From contig CAWFXA010000002.1 in the NCBI GenBank assembly GCA_963819655.1, positions 128,001 through 192,000 on the forward strand: 64,000 nt of DNA, read 5' to 3'. The notes under the pieces were generated by a model. That model saw nothing but the letters and a program-made list of their open reading frames with translations, made no database searches and had not been told where the DNA came from. The DNA is from an uncultured Chloroflexia bacterium (lineage in GTDB: Bacteria > Chloroflexota > Limnocylindria > Limnocylindrales > CSP1-4). The position numbers and the translations under genes were made by a program. This document shows positions 19,400 through 28,911 of the stretch, piece by piece. How positions within the stretch are numbered: the first letter of the stretch is position 1; every line of letters begins with the position of its first letter.

Positions 19400-20521
19400 T
19401 CAGCTGCCGCCCATGATCGAGATGATGACTGCCTCGACCGTTGCGGCGTCGGCGCGCGTCATGTAGGCGGCGTTCGCGGCGCCATCGCCCCGTTTGGTCG
19501 CGCCACTCGTCGGCCCGTCGGTCACGTCGACCGATAGGTGCGCTTCCGTGAAGTCCCCGATCGGATAACCCGCGGCCGCAACAGCGGCGATCGTGTCCCA
19601 GAGGTAGTAGCTCCCGCCGGTCATGTAGTCGTTCTTCTGGAACAGCTCCGCGAGCACGGCCAGCGCGGAACCGCTCTCGGCGGATGCGACGCGTTGGGCG
19701 AAGGACGATGTCACGGGCACATGGTTGGTCCCGTCGAGGCTCACAAGACGCACCGTCATCCCCGCGTCGAGCACTGTTGCCAGGGCGGTTGGATCGACAT
19801 AGGCGTTCCACTCGGCGGACGTATTGTCCTGCGGCCCGCCGGGTGACCCGGCGATGTTGCCGGGCACGTCGACGGCGCCGCCCATCACGTACACCGATTC
19901 AAGCTGGGCCGCGATCGTCGGTGACCCGGCGATGGCCTCCGCAAGGTTCGTCAGCGGTCCAAGGGTCAGGACACGCAGCGTCCCAGGACCCGCCTCAGCC
20001 TTCGCCTTGATGAGTTCGACAGCGTCGCCCGACGCGGGTGATCGGGTCGTGACAGGCAGTTCGAGCCCCGCCGCCGTGTCGGCGTTGGCGCGGAACAGGT
20101 CCGGGAACGTGTGCTGGAGACCGGTCGGTGTCGGGCTTCCGCATGCGACCGGGATGTCGGGCGCATCCAGGCGCTCGAGCAGACCCAGGACGATGGCGGC
20201 GCCCCGCGGGCAGTGCACCTCACCGGCTCCCGACACCGTGATCGCGGCGATCGACACGTTCGGCGCGACGACGAGGAACGAGATCGCGACGAGGTCGTCG
20301 GGGGCGACGTCCGTGTCGATCAGCAGGCTCACCGCGGGTGCCGTGGGCAGCGGTCCGACAGACGGAGACGATCGCTCGGTCGGCGTGGTGCTCGGGCTCG
20401 CATCATCGGTCAGCGGCCCGGTCGGGACGGTGCCCTGGCCAGGTGTCGCTGTCACGGCCGGCTGGCACGCCACACAGATCAGCGATAGGCCGACCGCCAA
20501 GGCTCGCCAACGGATCCGCAT
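19400..20521 (-). CDS. Nucleoside hydrolase, predicted lipoprotein
   Basis: Signal MRIRWRALAVGLSLICVAC, P/T-rich linker, IDTDVAPDD, LGPLTNLA, MGG, AEWNAYVDP, YLWD. Confidence 0.85.
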   Translation of the reverse strand: MRIRWRALAVGLSLICVACQPAVTATPGQGTVPTGPLTDDASPSTTPTERSSPSVGPLPTAPAVSLLIDTDVAPDDLVAISFLVVAPNVSIAAITVSGAGEVHCPRGAAIVLGLLERLDAPDIPVACGSPTPTGLQHTFPDLFRANADTAAGLELPVTTRSPASGDAVELIKAKAEAGPGTLRVLTLGPLTNLAEAIAGSPTIAAQLESVYVMGGAVDVPGNIAGSPGGPQDNTSAEWNAYVDPTALATVLDAGMTVRLVSLDGTNHVPVTSSFAQRVASAESGSALAVLAELFQKNDYMTGGSYYLWDTIAAVAAAGYPIGDFTEAHLSVDVTDGPTSGATKRGDGAANAAYMTRADAATVEAVIISIMGGS

Positions 20522-20567
20522 GGATGAGACTGTATTCCGGCGACGTCCGGGCGGATCGCCGCGAATG

Positions 20568-21347
20568 TCAGCTCCGTCGAGCGCCGCGGATGGTCGCGGG
20601 GTCGGGCGTGAAGTAGCGCAACCGACGTCCCAGCAGCACGAGTTCGCGCTCGAGCAGGGAGATGAGGCCCTCCAGCCGCTCGACGGTCGTCTCGGCCTCG
20701 AGCAGCGCCTGTCGTCGCGGCAGCTCGACCTGGACGATGCCTGACAACAGGTAGGAGAGCACGGTCGGATCGTCCGGGATGTCGAGATCGTGGCGGGTCC
20801 GCGGCTCGCTTTTGGTCGTCAGCTGAGGCTCGGCGGTCGCCATCGGATCGGCGTCGGGATCGGGCTCGCCGGCGTTGGCTTCGATCTCGACGCGGATGTC
20901 GAGCACCTCGGACGACTCGCCATCACGGGCACGCATCAGATCGAGGTAGCGGACGAAGCGCCGGATGGCACGGGCGGCGAGACGCTCGGCGCGGGTCTCG
21001 TCGCCGATCTCGTCATCGAGCGCGGTGACCTCGGCGACGAGGTAGGGCTCTTTCTGGGCGTCGACCGCCTCGATCGCGAACCGGCCGGTCGCGGCGGCAA
21101 GCAGGTCATAGCGCCCGTCCGGGTACCGCCCCGCTTCGCGGATCTCGGCGAAGGCCCCGACGCCCGCCAGCGTCGCGACGCCCTTCGTGCCGATCTCGCC
21201 CCCGTCCCGGATCAGGACCACGCCGAACGGCTCGCCCGTATCGAGGCAATGCCGTGTCATCGCCTGATAGCGATCTTCGAAGATATGGAGGGGCAGAACG
21301 ATCCCAGGGCAGAGGACCTGGTGGAGCGGGAAGAGCGGGATCTCCAT
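20568..21347 (-). CDS. Stand-alone LON peptidase substrate-binding domain protein
   Basis: MEIPLFPL, LPLHIFEDRY, PFGVVLI, DGRY, RQALLE. Confidence 0.88.
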   Translation of the reverse strand: MEIPLFPLHQVLCPGIVLPLHIFEDRYQAMTRHCLDTGEPFGVVLIRDGGEIGTKGVATLAGVGAFAEIREAGRYPDGRYDLLAAATGRFAIEAVDAQKEPYLVAEVTALDDEIGDETRAERLAARAIRRFVRYLDLMRARDGESSEVLDIRVEIEANAGEPDPDADPMATAEPQLTTKSEPRTRHDLDIPDDPTVLSYLLSGIVQVELPRRQALLEAETTVERLEGLISLLERELVLLGRRLRYFTPDPATIRGARRS

Positions 21348-21435
21348 CGCCGCGCGAGTCTAGCCCGGTTGGGCAAGGAGGGCCTACCGGGCAATATGGC
21401 TACCCGGCCTTGGTCCCAATCGGGCCGCAATGCGA

Positions 21436-21459
21436 AAGCCGCCGGTCGCCCGGCGGCTT
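21436..21459 (-). terminator. Intrinsic terminator-like hairpin downstream of the HesB gene
   Basis: AAGCCGCCGG-TCGC-CCGGCGGCTT perfect 10-bp stem. Confidence 0.6.
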
Positions 21460-21499
21460 AGTCAATCGTGCTTGAGGGACGGTCGGCCCCGCCGGTGGG

Positions 21500-21907
21500 T
21501 CAGTGGGCGCAGGACCTGGCCGTGCCGGTGTCGTCGGCGGTTCGGAAGCTCGAGCCGCAGCCGCACGCCGCGACGGCGTTCGGATTGTTGACCGTGAAAC
21601 CGGCGCCCATGAGCGTGTCGACGTAGTCGATCTCCGAGCCCTGCAGAAGCGAGATGCTCTGGCCGTCGACGTACACCTTGATGCCGCTGACATCGAGGAC
21701 GTTGTCCTCGGGCGTCGGCGCGTCCTCGAGCATCATCCCGTAACGGAAACCGGAGCAACCGCCGGAGTACACGTACACCCGCAGCCCGATATCAGGATTG
21801 GTCTCTTCCTTGGTCAGTTCGCTGAGCTTGGCGACCGCGGCGTCTGACAGGGAAACGACCGTACCTGGCGGGGCCGGCTCGGTGATCGTCGGCTGCTGTT
21901 CGATCAT
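21500..21907 (-). CDS. A-type Fe-S cluster carrier (HesB/IscA/ErpA family)
   Basis: GGCSGFRY and NPNAVAACGCGSSF. ATG 21907 with AGGAGG upstream. Confidence 0.92.
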   Translation of the reverse strand: MIEQQPTITEPAPPGTVVSLSDAAVAKLSELTKEETNPDIGLRVYVYSGGCSGFRYGMMLEDAPTPEDNVLDVSGIKVYVDGQSISLLQGSEIDYVDTLMGAGFTVNNPNAVAACGCGSSFRTADDTGTARSCAH

Positions 21908-22068
21908 GGGACGGTTCGTCCTCCTTCGGAGGGATGGGTGCGAGGCGTGTGCGCTCATCGTACGCAGCACAACGGGTTTCGACAAGCGCCGCGCCGAAAT
22001 CCGATGGTCCCATCGGGAGGGTGCCCGCGGAGGGCCCGGCGGCGCGGCCGAGCGGCGCGGCGGATTTC

Positions 22069-22259
22069 GCGACCATGAATGACGTGTCTGAGGGCGACCT
22101 TAGGTCTCCTGGGGGCGCGGGAACTGCCGCACTGGCCGCGCCGGGCGCCCGTTTTCCGCGTCCGACCATGCGATCTGTCGGGCCTCATCCGCGTTACGAC
22201 ACGTTGGATCTGACGGTGGGGGGCATAAGGTCACGTTCATCCGCGTCGTTCATGGTCGC
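22069..22259. repeat. Long imperfect inverted repeat (MITE/REP-like)
   Basis: Arms GCGACCATGAATGACGTGTCTGAGGGCGACCTTAGGTCTCC versus reverse complement GCGACCATGAACGACGCGGATGAACGTGACCTTATGCCCCC: 31/41 gapless by hand count. Confidence 0.7.
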
Positions 22260-22262
22260 CGC

Positions 22263-22321
22263 GCGGTCGGAGTCCGGCCGCCGGCGCCGGAGCGGTCGGA
22301 GTCCGGCCGGCCGGCGCCGGA
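22263..22321 (+). repeat. 29-30 nt tandem repeat x2
   Basis: GCGGTCGGAGTCCGGCCG(G)CCGGCGCCGGA twice. Confidence 0.75.
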
Positions 22322-22354
22322 GCGAGCCGCGCCGGCGCGAGCCCGCAGCCGAGC

Positions 22355-23587
22355 CTAGCCTTCGATGCGCTCCACGATCGTCGCGATGCCCTGCCCCACG
22401 CCGATGCACATCGTGGCGAGGCCGTAGCGCCCGCCGGTGCGTCGCAGCTCGTGGGTCAGCATCGTGACCAGGCGGCCGCCGCTCATCCCCAGCGGGTGCC
22501 CCAGGGCGATCGCACCGCCGTTCACGTTGACCTTGGCCGGGTCCAGGCCGAGCTCGTCGATGCAGACGAGCGACTGCGATGCGAACGCCTCGTTGAGCTC
22601 GATGAGATCGAGGTCGTCGACCCCGATTTCGGCTCGCTCGAGCGCTTTGCGCGTGGCAGGAACAGGCCCGACACCCATGACCGCGGGGTCGACGCCGGCG
22701 ACGGCGGTCGATACGACGCGGGCAAGGGGCGTCAACCCGAGCCCCTGCGCCCGCTCCGCCTCCACGAGCAGCACCGCCGACGCGCCATCGTTGATGCCCG
22801 AGCTGTTTCCGGCGGTCACCGTGCCACCCGTCGCGCGGAACGCCGGGCGCAGCCTCGCGAGCGCCTCGACCGAGGTGTCTGCACGTGGATGCTCGTCGCG
22901 CGACACGACGGTGACCTCGCCCTTGCGTCCGGTCACCTCGACCGGGACGATCTGGTCGTCGAACCGGCCGGCCTCGATCGCCGCGACGGCGTGCTGCTGG
23001 CTCTCGAGCGCGAACGCGTCCTGGCGTTCGCGGCTGACGTTCCAGCGCTCCGCCACGTTCTCCGCGGTCTCGCCCATCGAATACGGGTAGTGCCTCTCGG
23101 CCAGCGCCGGGTTGACGAACCGCCAGCCGAGGGTCGTGTCCTGCAGTTCGCGCGGGCCGCGGTCCCAGGGTCCTTCGGCCTTGGCCATGACATACGGCGC
23201 CCGGGTCATCGACTCGATGCCGCCGCCGATGAAGACGTCGCCGTCGCCGACCGCGATCGCGTGCGCCGCCGAGTTGATCGCCTGCAGCCCCGAGCCGCAC
23301 AGCCGGTTCACGGTCTGCCCGCCAACCTCGACCGGGAAGCCGGCAAGGAGCAGCGCCATCCGGGCGACATCGCGGTTGTCCTCACCGGCCTGGTTGGCAC
23401 AACCGAGGATGACGTCCTCGACGTGCGCCGCGTCGACGCCAGCGCGGTCGACCACCGCGCGCAGCACGATCGCGGCGAGGTCGTCCGGGCGCACGCTCGC
23501 GAGTGTGCCGCCGTAGCGCCCGATGGGGGTCCTGACGGCCTCGACGATCCACGCTTCCCGAACGGATCTCTGCGCATCGCGGGTCAT
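22355..23587 (-). CDS. paaJ: 3-oxoadipyl-CoA/3-oxo-5,6-dehydrosuberyl-CoA thiolase
   Basis: [40 protein letters not shown]; paa context. Confidence 0.88.
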   Translation of the reverse strand: MTRDAQRSVREAWIVEAVRTPIGRYGGTLASVRPDDLAAIVLRAVVDRAGVDAAHVEDVILGCANQAGEDNRDVARMALLLAGFPVEVGGQTVNRLCGSGLQAINSAAHAIAVGDGDVFIGGGIESMTRAPYVMAKAEGPWDRGPRELQDTTLGWRFVNPALAERHYPYSMGETAENVAERWNVSRERQDAFALESQQHAVAAIEAGRFDDQIVPVEVTGRKGEVTVVSRDEHPRADTSVEALARLRPAFRATGGTVTAGNSSGINDGASAVLLVEAERAQGLGLTPLARVVSTAVAGVDPAVMGVGPVPATRKALERAEIGVDDLDLIELNEAFASQSLVCIDELGLDPAKVNVNGGAIALGHPLGMSGGRLVTMLTHELRRTGGRYGLATMCIGVGQGIATIVERIEG

Positions 23588-23635
23588 ATGCTCGATCGTA
23601 GCCGGTCCGGCGGCGATGGACCGCCGGCGCGGGCA

Positions 23636-24700
23636 TCAGAGCGTGCTCAGGAACCGCTCCGGATGTCCAGCGCCGAGTCGCAGGGCCGTGATGATGTCCT
23701 CGCGGGCTGCCACACCGTCCGCGACAGCGATGACCGCCTCCTCGGCGATCGCGTGCTCGATGCGCTCCCTGATGCGGTCGCCGGCGAGAGCGCGCGCCGG
23801 CGCGTCGGCGAACTCGGGGTCGACGTCTCCCCGGCGACCCTCCTCGTAGCGATAGAACCCGGCCCCCGACTTCCGGCCAAACCGGCCGGCCGCCACGAGC
23901 CGCTCCTGGATGCTCGACGGACGGAGTCGATCCGGCTTGCCGAGACCGCTCCACACACCCTGTGCAGCGGCGAGATTGACGTCGAGACCTGACAGGTCCA
24001 TCAGCTCGAACGGACCCATCGGGTAGCCCGCTCCGCGCATCGCGGCGTCGATCGACACGACATCGGCGAGGCCATCCTCGAGGATCCGCAGGGCTTCGAT
24101 CGTGAACGGCCGATTGACCCGGTTGACGATGAAGCCAGGTCGGTCGGCGCTCAGGACGGGCGTCTTGCCCCAAGCGCGGACGATCGCGCTCGCGCGCTCA
24201 ACGGTCGACGTCGCCGTCCGGGCGCCCGGGACGACCTCCACCAGCGCCATCAACGGGACCGGGTTGAAGAAGTGGAGCCCCAGCATTCGCTCTGGCCGGC
24301 TGGTCGCCTCGGCGATAGCCGTGACCGACAGGGCGCTGGTATTCGTCGCGAGCAGGACGTCCGGCGTCGCCTCGGCGTCGAGTGCCCGGAAGATCGCCCG
24401 CTTGAGCTCGAGGTCCTCGAGCGCCGCCTCCACGATCAGCGTGGCCTCGGTCGCCAGACCATCCAGAATGTGGGCGTGCCGAAGCCCGGCCACCCGGCCG
24501 TCGACCCATGCATCGATCGAGTCGGCGTCGAGGTCCAGTTTCGCCGCCCGCCGGGCGAGCCCTTCGCGCACCCGCGCCGTGGCCCGCTCGACGGCGATGT
24601 CATCGACGTCATGGAGGACCACCTCCCAGCCGGCCTCGAGCGCGACCTGGGCGATCCCGGCGCCCATCACGCCGGCCCCCACGATCCCGACGGTCGTCAC
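23636..24700 (-). CDS. paaH: 3-hydroxyacyl-CoA dehydrogenase
   Basis: GTG 24700 overlapping the paaD stop. GAGVMGAGIA, ATNTSAL, GLHFFNP, PGFIVNR, MGPFELMD. Confidence 0.88.
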   Translation of the reverse strand: MTTVGIVGAGVMGAGIAQVALEAGWEVVLHDVDDIAVERATARVREGLARRAAKLDLDADSIDAWVDGRVAGLRHAHILDGLATEATLIVEAALEDLELKRAIFRALDAEATPDVLLATNTSALSVTAIAEATSRPERMLGLHFFNPVPLMALVEVVPGARTATSTVERASAIVRAWGKTPVLSADRPGFIVNRVNRPFTIEALRILEDGLADVVSIDAAMRGAGYPMGPFELMDLSGLDVNLAAAQGVWSGLGKPDRLRPSSIQERLVAAGRFGRKSGAGFYRYEEGRRGDVDPEFADAPARALAGDRIRERIEHAIAEEAVIAVADGVAAREDIITALRLGAGHPERFLSTL

Positions 24701-25161
24701 ACCGACTTGAGGGCTTCGAACGGTTGGCGGCAGCCGCGGCAGTAGAACAGGGAGCGGCACTGCGTCGGGCCGAACGCGCTGTCCATCACGACGTCCGCCG
24801 AGGCGCAGAACGGGCAGCGGACATCCCCGGGTGCGCTCGGCGGCGCGATGCCGGCGTGGCTCAGGGCCATGCGCCCGGCAGGCGAGATGCGGTCCGACGT
24901 CCAGGGCACCTCGAACGTGGTCTCGACGTGCACCGGCCGCCCGAACCTCGCGCCAAGGTGATCGGCGATCGAGCTCCGGATCACGTCGAGGGCCGGGCAG
25001 CCGACGAACGTCGGCAGGATCGCGACGTCGATGCGGTCGGGTCTGACCTCGACGCGATGGACGATGCCGAGGTCGACGACCGACAGCACGGGGATCTCGG
25101 GGTCCGGGACGTCGGCGAGTGCGGCCCGGATGTCGCTCTCCTGCGGCTGCGTGCCGATCAC
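24697..25161 (-). CDS. paaD: Phenylacetyl-CoA epoxidase subunit D
   Basis: VPDPEIPVLSVVDLG, PTFVGCPA, CPFC...FGPTQCRSLFYCRGCRQPFE. Confidence 0.93.
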   Translation of the reverse strand: MIGTQPQESDIRAALADVPDPEIPVLSVVDLGIVHRVEVRPDRIDVAILPTFVGCPALDVIRSSIADHLGARFGRPVHVETTFEVPWTSDRISPAGRMALSHAGIAPPSAPGDVRCPFCASADVVMDSAFGPTQCRSLFYCRGCRQPFEALKSV

Positions 25162-25925
25162 CAGGTCGCTCCGGGGTCGGCGCCGCGGACCGATGTGAAC
25201 TCACCCCACAGCCATCGGAAGGCGTTCCCGTGTGCCGTGCGTCCCCTCGCTGGATCGGCGGCCGGCGGTGGGAGCGGCAGGTCGAGCCGTCGGAACACCG
25301 GGGCCAGGCTGTCGCGCCACGCGCGCTCCGACTCGGCCATCGAGCGGGCGAGGACACCGCTGTCGATGAGCGACGACTCGCCGTCGAGAGGCGTGAACAC
25401 GGTCCCGGCGTCGGGACCCAGCGTCTCGAGCGCAGTCAGGAGTCGATCGCGCGGCGCGCCGCGCGTCCCGGCCAGCCGCTCCAGCCACGTCCCGATATGC
25501 ATCAGGTGATAGCGCTCCTCGCGGCGGACCTTGCCGACGAGATCGGCGAGCGGCGACCAGGATCCGTCCACGAGCGCCTCGAGCCGGGCGGCGTCGGCGG
25601 TCTCATACAGGTAACGGCGGGCGATCGTCATCGCCCAGTCACCCCGCCCATGGTCGAGCAGCCGCGCGTGGCGGTAGTCGGCGGGCTCGCGGTCGTAGGC
25701 GAGGGTATCGGCGTTCGTGCCTCTGATCTCGGCGAGCAGCGCATAGAGGGCAGCGGCGTGACCCAGCTCATCCTGGGACAGCGAGCTCATCGCCACGTCC
25801 TCCTCGAGGAACGGCGCGATGCCCGTCCATTCCGAGTCGGAGAAACCGATGACGAACTCGTCGTCGGCCATCGACAGCAGGAGCTCGTCGAGGCCGACCA
25901 CGGCCGGCGCGGCCGCGTTGCTCAT
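25158..25925 (-). CDS. paaC: Phenylacetyl-CoA epoxidase subunit C
   Basis: ADDEFVIG, APFLEEDVA, QDELGHA, KVRREERYH. ATG 25925 overlaps the paaB stop. Confidence 0.92.
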   Translation of the reverse strand: MSNAAAPAVVGLDELLLSMADDEFVIGFSDSEWTGIAPFLEEDVAMSSLSQDELGHAAALYALLAEIRGTNADTLAYDREPADYRHARLLDHGRGDWAMTIARRYLYETADAARLEALVDGSWSPLADLVGKVRREERYHLMHIGTWLERLAGTRGAPRDRLLTALETLGPDAGTVFTPLDGESSLIDSGVLARSMAESERAWRDSLAPVFRRLDLPLPPPAADPARGRTAHGNAFRWLWGEFTSVRGADPGATW

Positions 25926-26257
25926 TTCGCCCGGGCCTTCGGTTTCTCCTGGCCCGCGGCCTGGCGCGCAGCGGCGAGCTTGTCCCGCATCACGTAGCCG
26001 CCCGGCTTCTTGAACGACCGGTCCAGCGGCGGCTGCAACAAGTCGGGGTCCTCGAGGTCGACGATGTCGGCGCGGCGCACGATCCATAGCCGGACACTCT
26101 CCTGACGACGCCCGTACATCTCGCGCGCGTAGTGCGTGGCGAGGTCGGCGTCGGGCGCCATGACGCTGCCGCCATGGCGCATCGGGTCGCCTTCCTTCTC
26201 CTGCCGGAAGACCTCCCAGGCCTCCAGCGCGGGGTCGAGGTCGGCGGGCCCCGTCAT
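25922..26257 (-). CDS. paaB: Phenylacetyl-CoA epoxidase subunit B
   Basis: WEVF...HGGSVMAPD...AREMYGRRQE...LWIVRR. Confidence 0.9.
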   Translation of the reverse strand: MTGPADLDPALEAWEVFRQEKEGDPMRHGGSVMAPDADLATHYAREMYGRRQESVRLWIVRRADIVDLEDPDLLQPPLDRSFKKPGGYVMRDKLAAARQAAGQEKPKARAK

Positions 26258-26267
26258 GTGGCGCCCT

Positions 26268-27263
26268 TCACGCGGCTGCGGGCACGCCCAGGATCGCCTC
26301 GCGCACCCATCTGGTCTCCTCGCGCGCCAGGCGGCGGAACTCCAGGCGAGCCTCCGACATCGGGCCGTGGTTGGTGACGACAGTCCGCAGCTCGTCCCAG
26401 TCGGGTTCGGTGTAGCGCCATTCGGTTGCGGTTTCGTCGTACCGCAACTCGGCGTCGGGGATGACGAGGCCGAGCTCACGGATGCGCGGCACGTAGATCG
26501 TGAGGAACTCCTGGCGCAGCTCTTCCGACGTCTTGGCCTTGATCCGCCAGCGCAGGTCCATGTCCTTCTCGCGCGGCGACCGCGGGCCGTGCATCTGCAT
26601 CAAGGGGCCCCACCATCGATCGAGTGCATCCTGGATGGCGGCCCGTTGCGCCGGCGTGCCGGTGACCATGGTCACGACTACGTCGCGGCCGTGCATGATG
26701 TGGACCGATTCCTCCCAGCAGATCTTGCGCATCGTCCGCGCGTAGGGCGCGTAGCTCGAGTCGCGCAGTGCCTGCTGGGCGACGATCGCGGCCGCGTCGA
26801 CGAGCCAGGCGATCATCCCGACGTCGGCCCAGCCGACGGTCGGGTAGTGGAAGACGTTGTGGAACTTGGTCTTGCCCTCGAGCAGGTCGTCGAACATCGC
26901 CTCGCGCGGCTTGCCGAGATCCTCCGCGATCCGGTAGAGCAGCTGGGCGTGGCCGACTTCGTCTTGGACCTTCGCGGTGAGCGCGAGCTTGCGGCGCAGG
27001 GTCGGAGCACGCATCAGCCACTCGCGCTCGGGCAGCACGCCCATGAGCTCGGAATTGGCGTGCATCTCGACGAAGCGCAGGACGGCCGTCCTGTACTCGT
27101 CGGGCATCGCGTCGACGGCCTCGACCTTCCCGCCGTTCATGACGTGCGCCTCGAACCGTTCGAACCACGCGTCGTACGCCTCGTCGTGTGCGCGGACAGG
27201 GGCGCCGCCGCTCGACCTTTCGGCCGGCGAGAGCACCGGATCGAGCGCACGAGGGTCGGTCAT
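26268..27263 (-). CDS. paaA: Phenylacetyl-CoA epoxidase subunit A
   Basis: HANSELMG, APTLRRK, AKVQDEVGH, FHYPT, ICWEESVH (di-iron ExxH motifs). Confidence 0.95.
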   Translation of the reverse strand: MTDPRALDPVLSPAERSSGGAPVRAHDEAYDAWFERFEAHVMNGGKVEAVDAMPDEYRTAVLRFVEMHANSELMGVLPEREWLMRAPTLRRKLALTAKVQDEVGHAQLLYRIAEDLGKPREAMFDDLLEGKTKFHNVFHYPTVGWADVGMIAWLVDAAAIVAQQALRDSSYAPYARTMRKICWEESVHIMHGRDVVVTMVTGTPAQRAAIQDALDRWWGPLMQMHGPRSPREKDMDLRWRIKAKTSEELRQEFLTIYVPRIRELGLVIPDAELRYDETATEWRYTEPDWDELRTVVTNHGPMSEARLEFRRLAREETRWVREAILGVPAAA

Positions 27264-27294
27264 GGCGTCAGCCTACGCTTCTGCCGCGCCATCG

Positions 27295-28074
27295 TCAGGA
27301 GCCCGTGAACCGCGGCGGCCGCTTCTCGCGGAAGGCTGCGAGGCCCTCGGCGTGGTCGGCGGAGGCGCCGGCGATGCCCTGGAGCTTTGCTTCGCCCTCG
27401 AGCGCTTCGTCGAGGTCGATCGTCATCGACCGCTGGAGGGCGCCCTTCGTGAGCGCGAGCGCCAGCGGAGCCCCCTCAGCCAGCCGCGCGGCCAGGGTCC
27501 GCGCCTCCGTCATCAGCTCCGGGCCGGGCACGACCGTCGACACGAGCCCGAGCCGCAGCGCCTCCGCGGCATCGACCGGATCGCCGACCAATGCCAGCTC
27601 CGCGGCCTTCGCAACCCCGACGAGCCGTGGCAGGAACCACGACGACCCGCTGTCGGGCACGAGCCCGATCCTGCCGAACGCGAGCACGAACCGCGCCTCC
27701 GCAGAGGCGATCCGCAGGTCGCACGCGAATGCGAGCGACGCGCCGGCCCCGGCCGCCACCCCGTTGACCGCCGCGATGACCGGTTGGCCCATCGATCGCA
27801 GGGCCCGGATGATCGGGTTGTATCGCTCGCGGACCTCGATCTCGAGCGGCGCAGCATCCGGCTGGTCACGCTCCGCGAGGTCCTGGCCCGCACAGAACGC
27901 CCGGCCGGCCCCGGTCAGGATCACGGCCCGGACAGCGCGATCCGCGGCGATGGACTCCAGCGCCTCGCGCAGCGCGACCTTGACCGGCACCGTCAGCGCA
28001 TTGAGTGCCGCGGGTCGATCGAGGGTGAGGGTCGCGACCGGCCCGTCGACCTCGACTCGCAGGCCGTCGGTCAC
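27295..28074 (-). CDS. paaG: Enoyl-CoA hydratase/isomerase (ring-epoxide isomerase)
   Basis: AFCAGQDL, YNPII, NGVAAGAG, IGLVPDSG (PaaG-type Asp). Confidence 0.85.
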   Translation of the reverse strand: MTDGLRVEVDGPVATLTLDRPAALNALTVPVKVALREALESIAADRAVRAVILTGAGRAFCAGQDLAERDQPDAAPLEIEVRERYNPIIRALRSMGQPVIAAVNGVAAGAGASLAFACDLRIASAEARFVLAFGRIGLVPDSGSSWFLPRLVGVAKAAELALVGDPVDAAEALRLGLVSTVVPGPELMTEARTLAARLAEGAPLALALTKGALQRSMTIDLDEALEGEAKLQGIAGASADHAEGLAAFREKRPPRFTGS

Positions 28075-28092
28075 ACGACCGCCCCGGTCACC

Positions 28093-28887
28093 CTAGTTGA
28101 ACTCGACCAGCCGTCCGTCGACGAGCTCGAACAGGCGGCGATCGATCGGCTCGTCCGCGCCGCCCGACTGCTCGATCACGAACTCGCTGAACATCGCGGC
28201 GAAGCCCGAGTCCTCCGGACGCAGCGTGGCGGCGACGAGGAGGTGGCGCTCCGGGATGCCCACCAGGACGCGCCCATCGGTCCCGAGCTGACTCGTCAGG
28301 TACGCCACAGCGTCGGGGAGGAGGATCCGGACGGCGTCCAGGCCATCGCCCGTGTCGGAGCTGATGACGCGCCGGTCGCCTGAGACCTCGTCGGTCCAGG
28401 GAGCGGTCGCCGCCCAGGCCGTCAGGTTGGCGATCGCCGCGTCCTGCAGATCGGACGGGTCGATGCCCCATGACAGCAGGTGGTCGCCGTTGACGACGAT
28501 GTCGAAGCCGCCCGCCGGAAGGGCATACACGACCGGCAGGCCGGCCGGGCCGGTGTCGAGCAGCGGCTGGGCGTGGCTCTGCATGGAATGCTGCGCGAGC
28601 GTGTCGCGATCGACGGTCTCGAGCGGCAGCCCGTGCGTGCCGATCGGCCGAAAGGCCGGCCGCACGATCTCGCGTGCGAGACCCCAATCGTGCTCGGGCG
28701 CATCCACCGGTGAACCCGTCGTCTGCGGCGGCGGCGTGTGACCGCTGACGGGTGAGGAATCGTCGATCGGGGACAGGATGTCCGGGGCAGCGTCGCGGAA
28801 CGCTGGCGGCGGCTCGTCGGAGAGGTCGCGGACGTGGTCTCGTCCGACGTCCGATCCGCCCTCGTTCGGGTCACGCTCCATGGTCAT
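28093..28887 (-). CDS. DUF1444/YtpQ-like protein
   Basis: AAIANL, GDGLDAVRILL, VGIPERHLLV resemble the DUF1444 DGYDASRIL / AVPHQDVL motifs; acidic, P-rich N-terminus. Confidence 0.55.
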   Translation of the reverse strand: MTMERDPNEGGSDVGRDHVRDLSDEPPPAFRDAAPDILSPIDDSSPVSGHTPPPQTTGSPVDAPEHDWGLAREIVRPAFRPIGTHGLPLETVDRDTLAQHSMQSHAQPLLDTGPAGLPVVYALPAGGFDIVVNGDHLLSWGIDPSDLQDAAIANLTAWAATAPWTDEVSGDRRVISSDTGDGLDAVRILLPDAVAYLTSQLGTDGRVLVGIPERHLLVAATLRPEDSGFAAMFSEFVIEQSGGADEPIDRRLFELVDGRLVEFN

Positions 28888-28911
28888 CCTCCATCGAGTT
28901 GCTGGTCTGGG

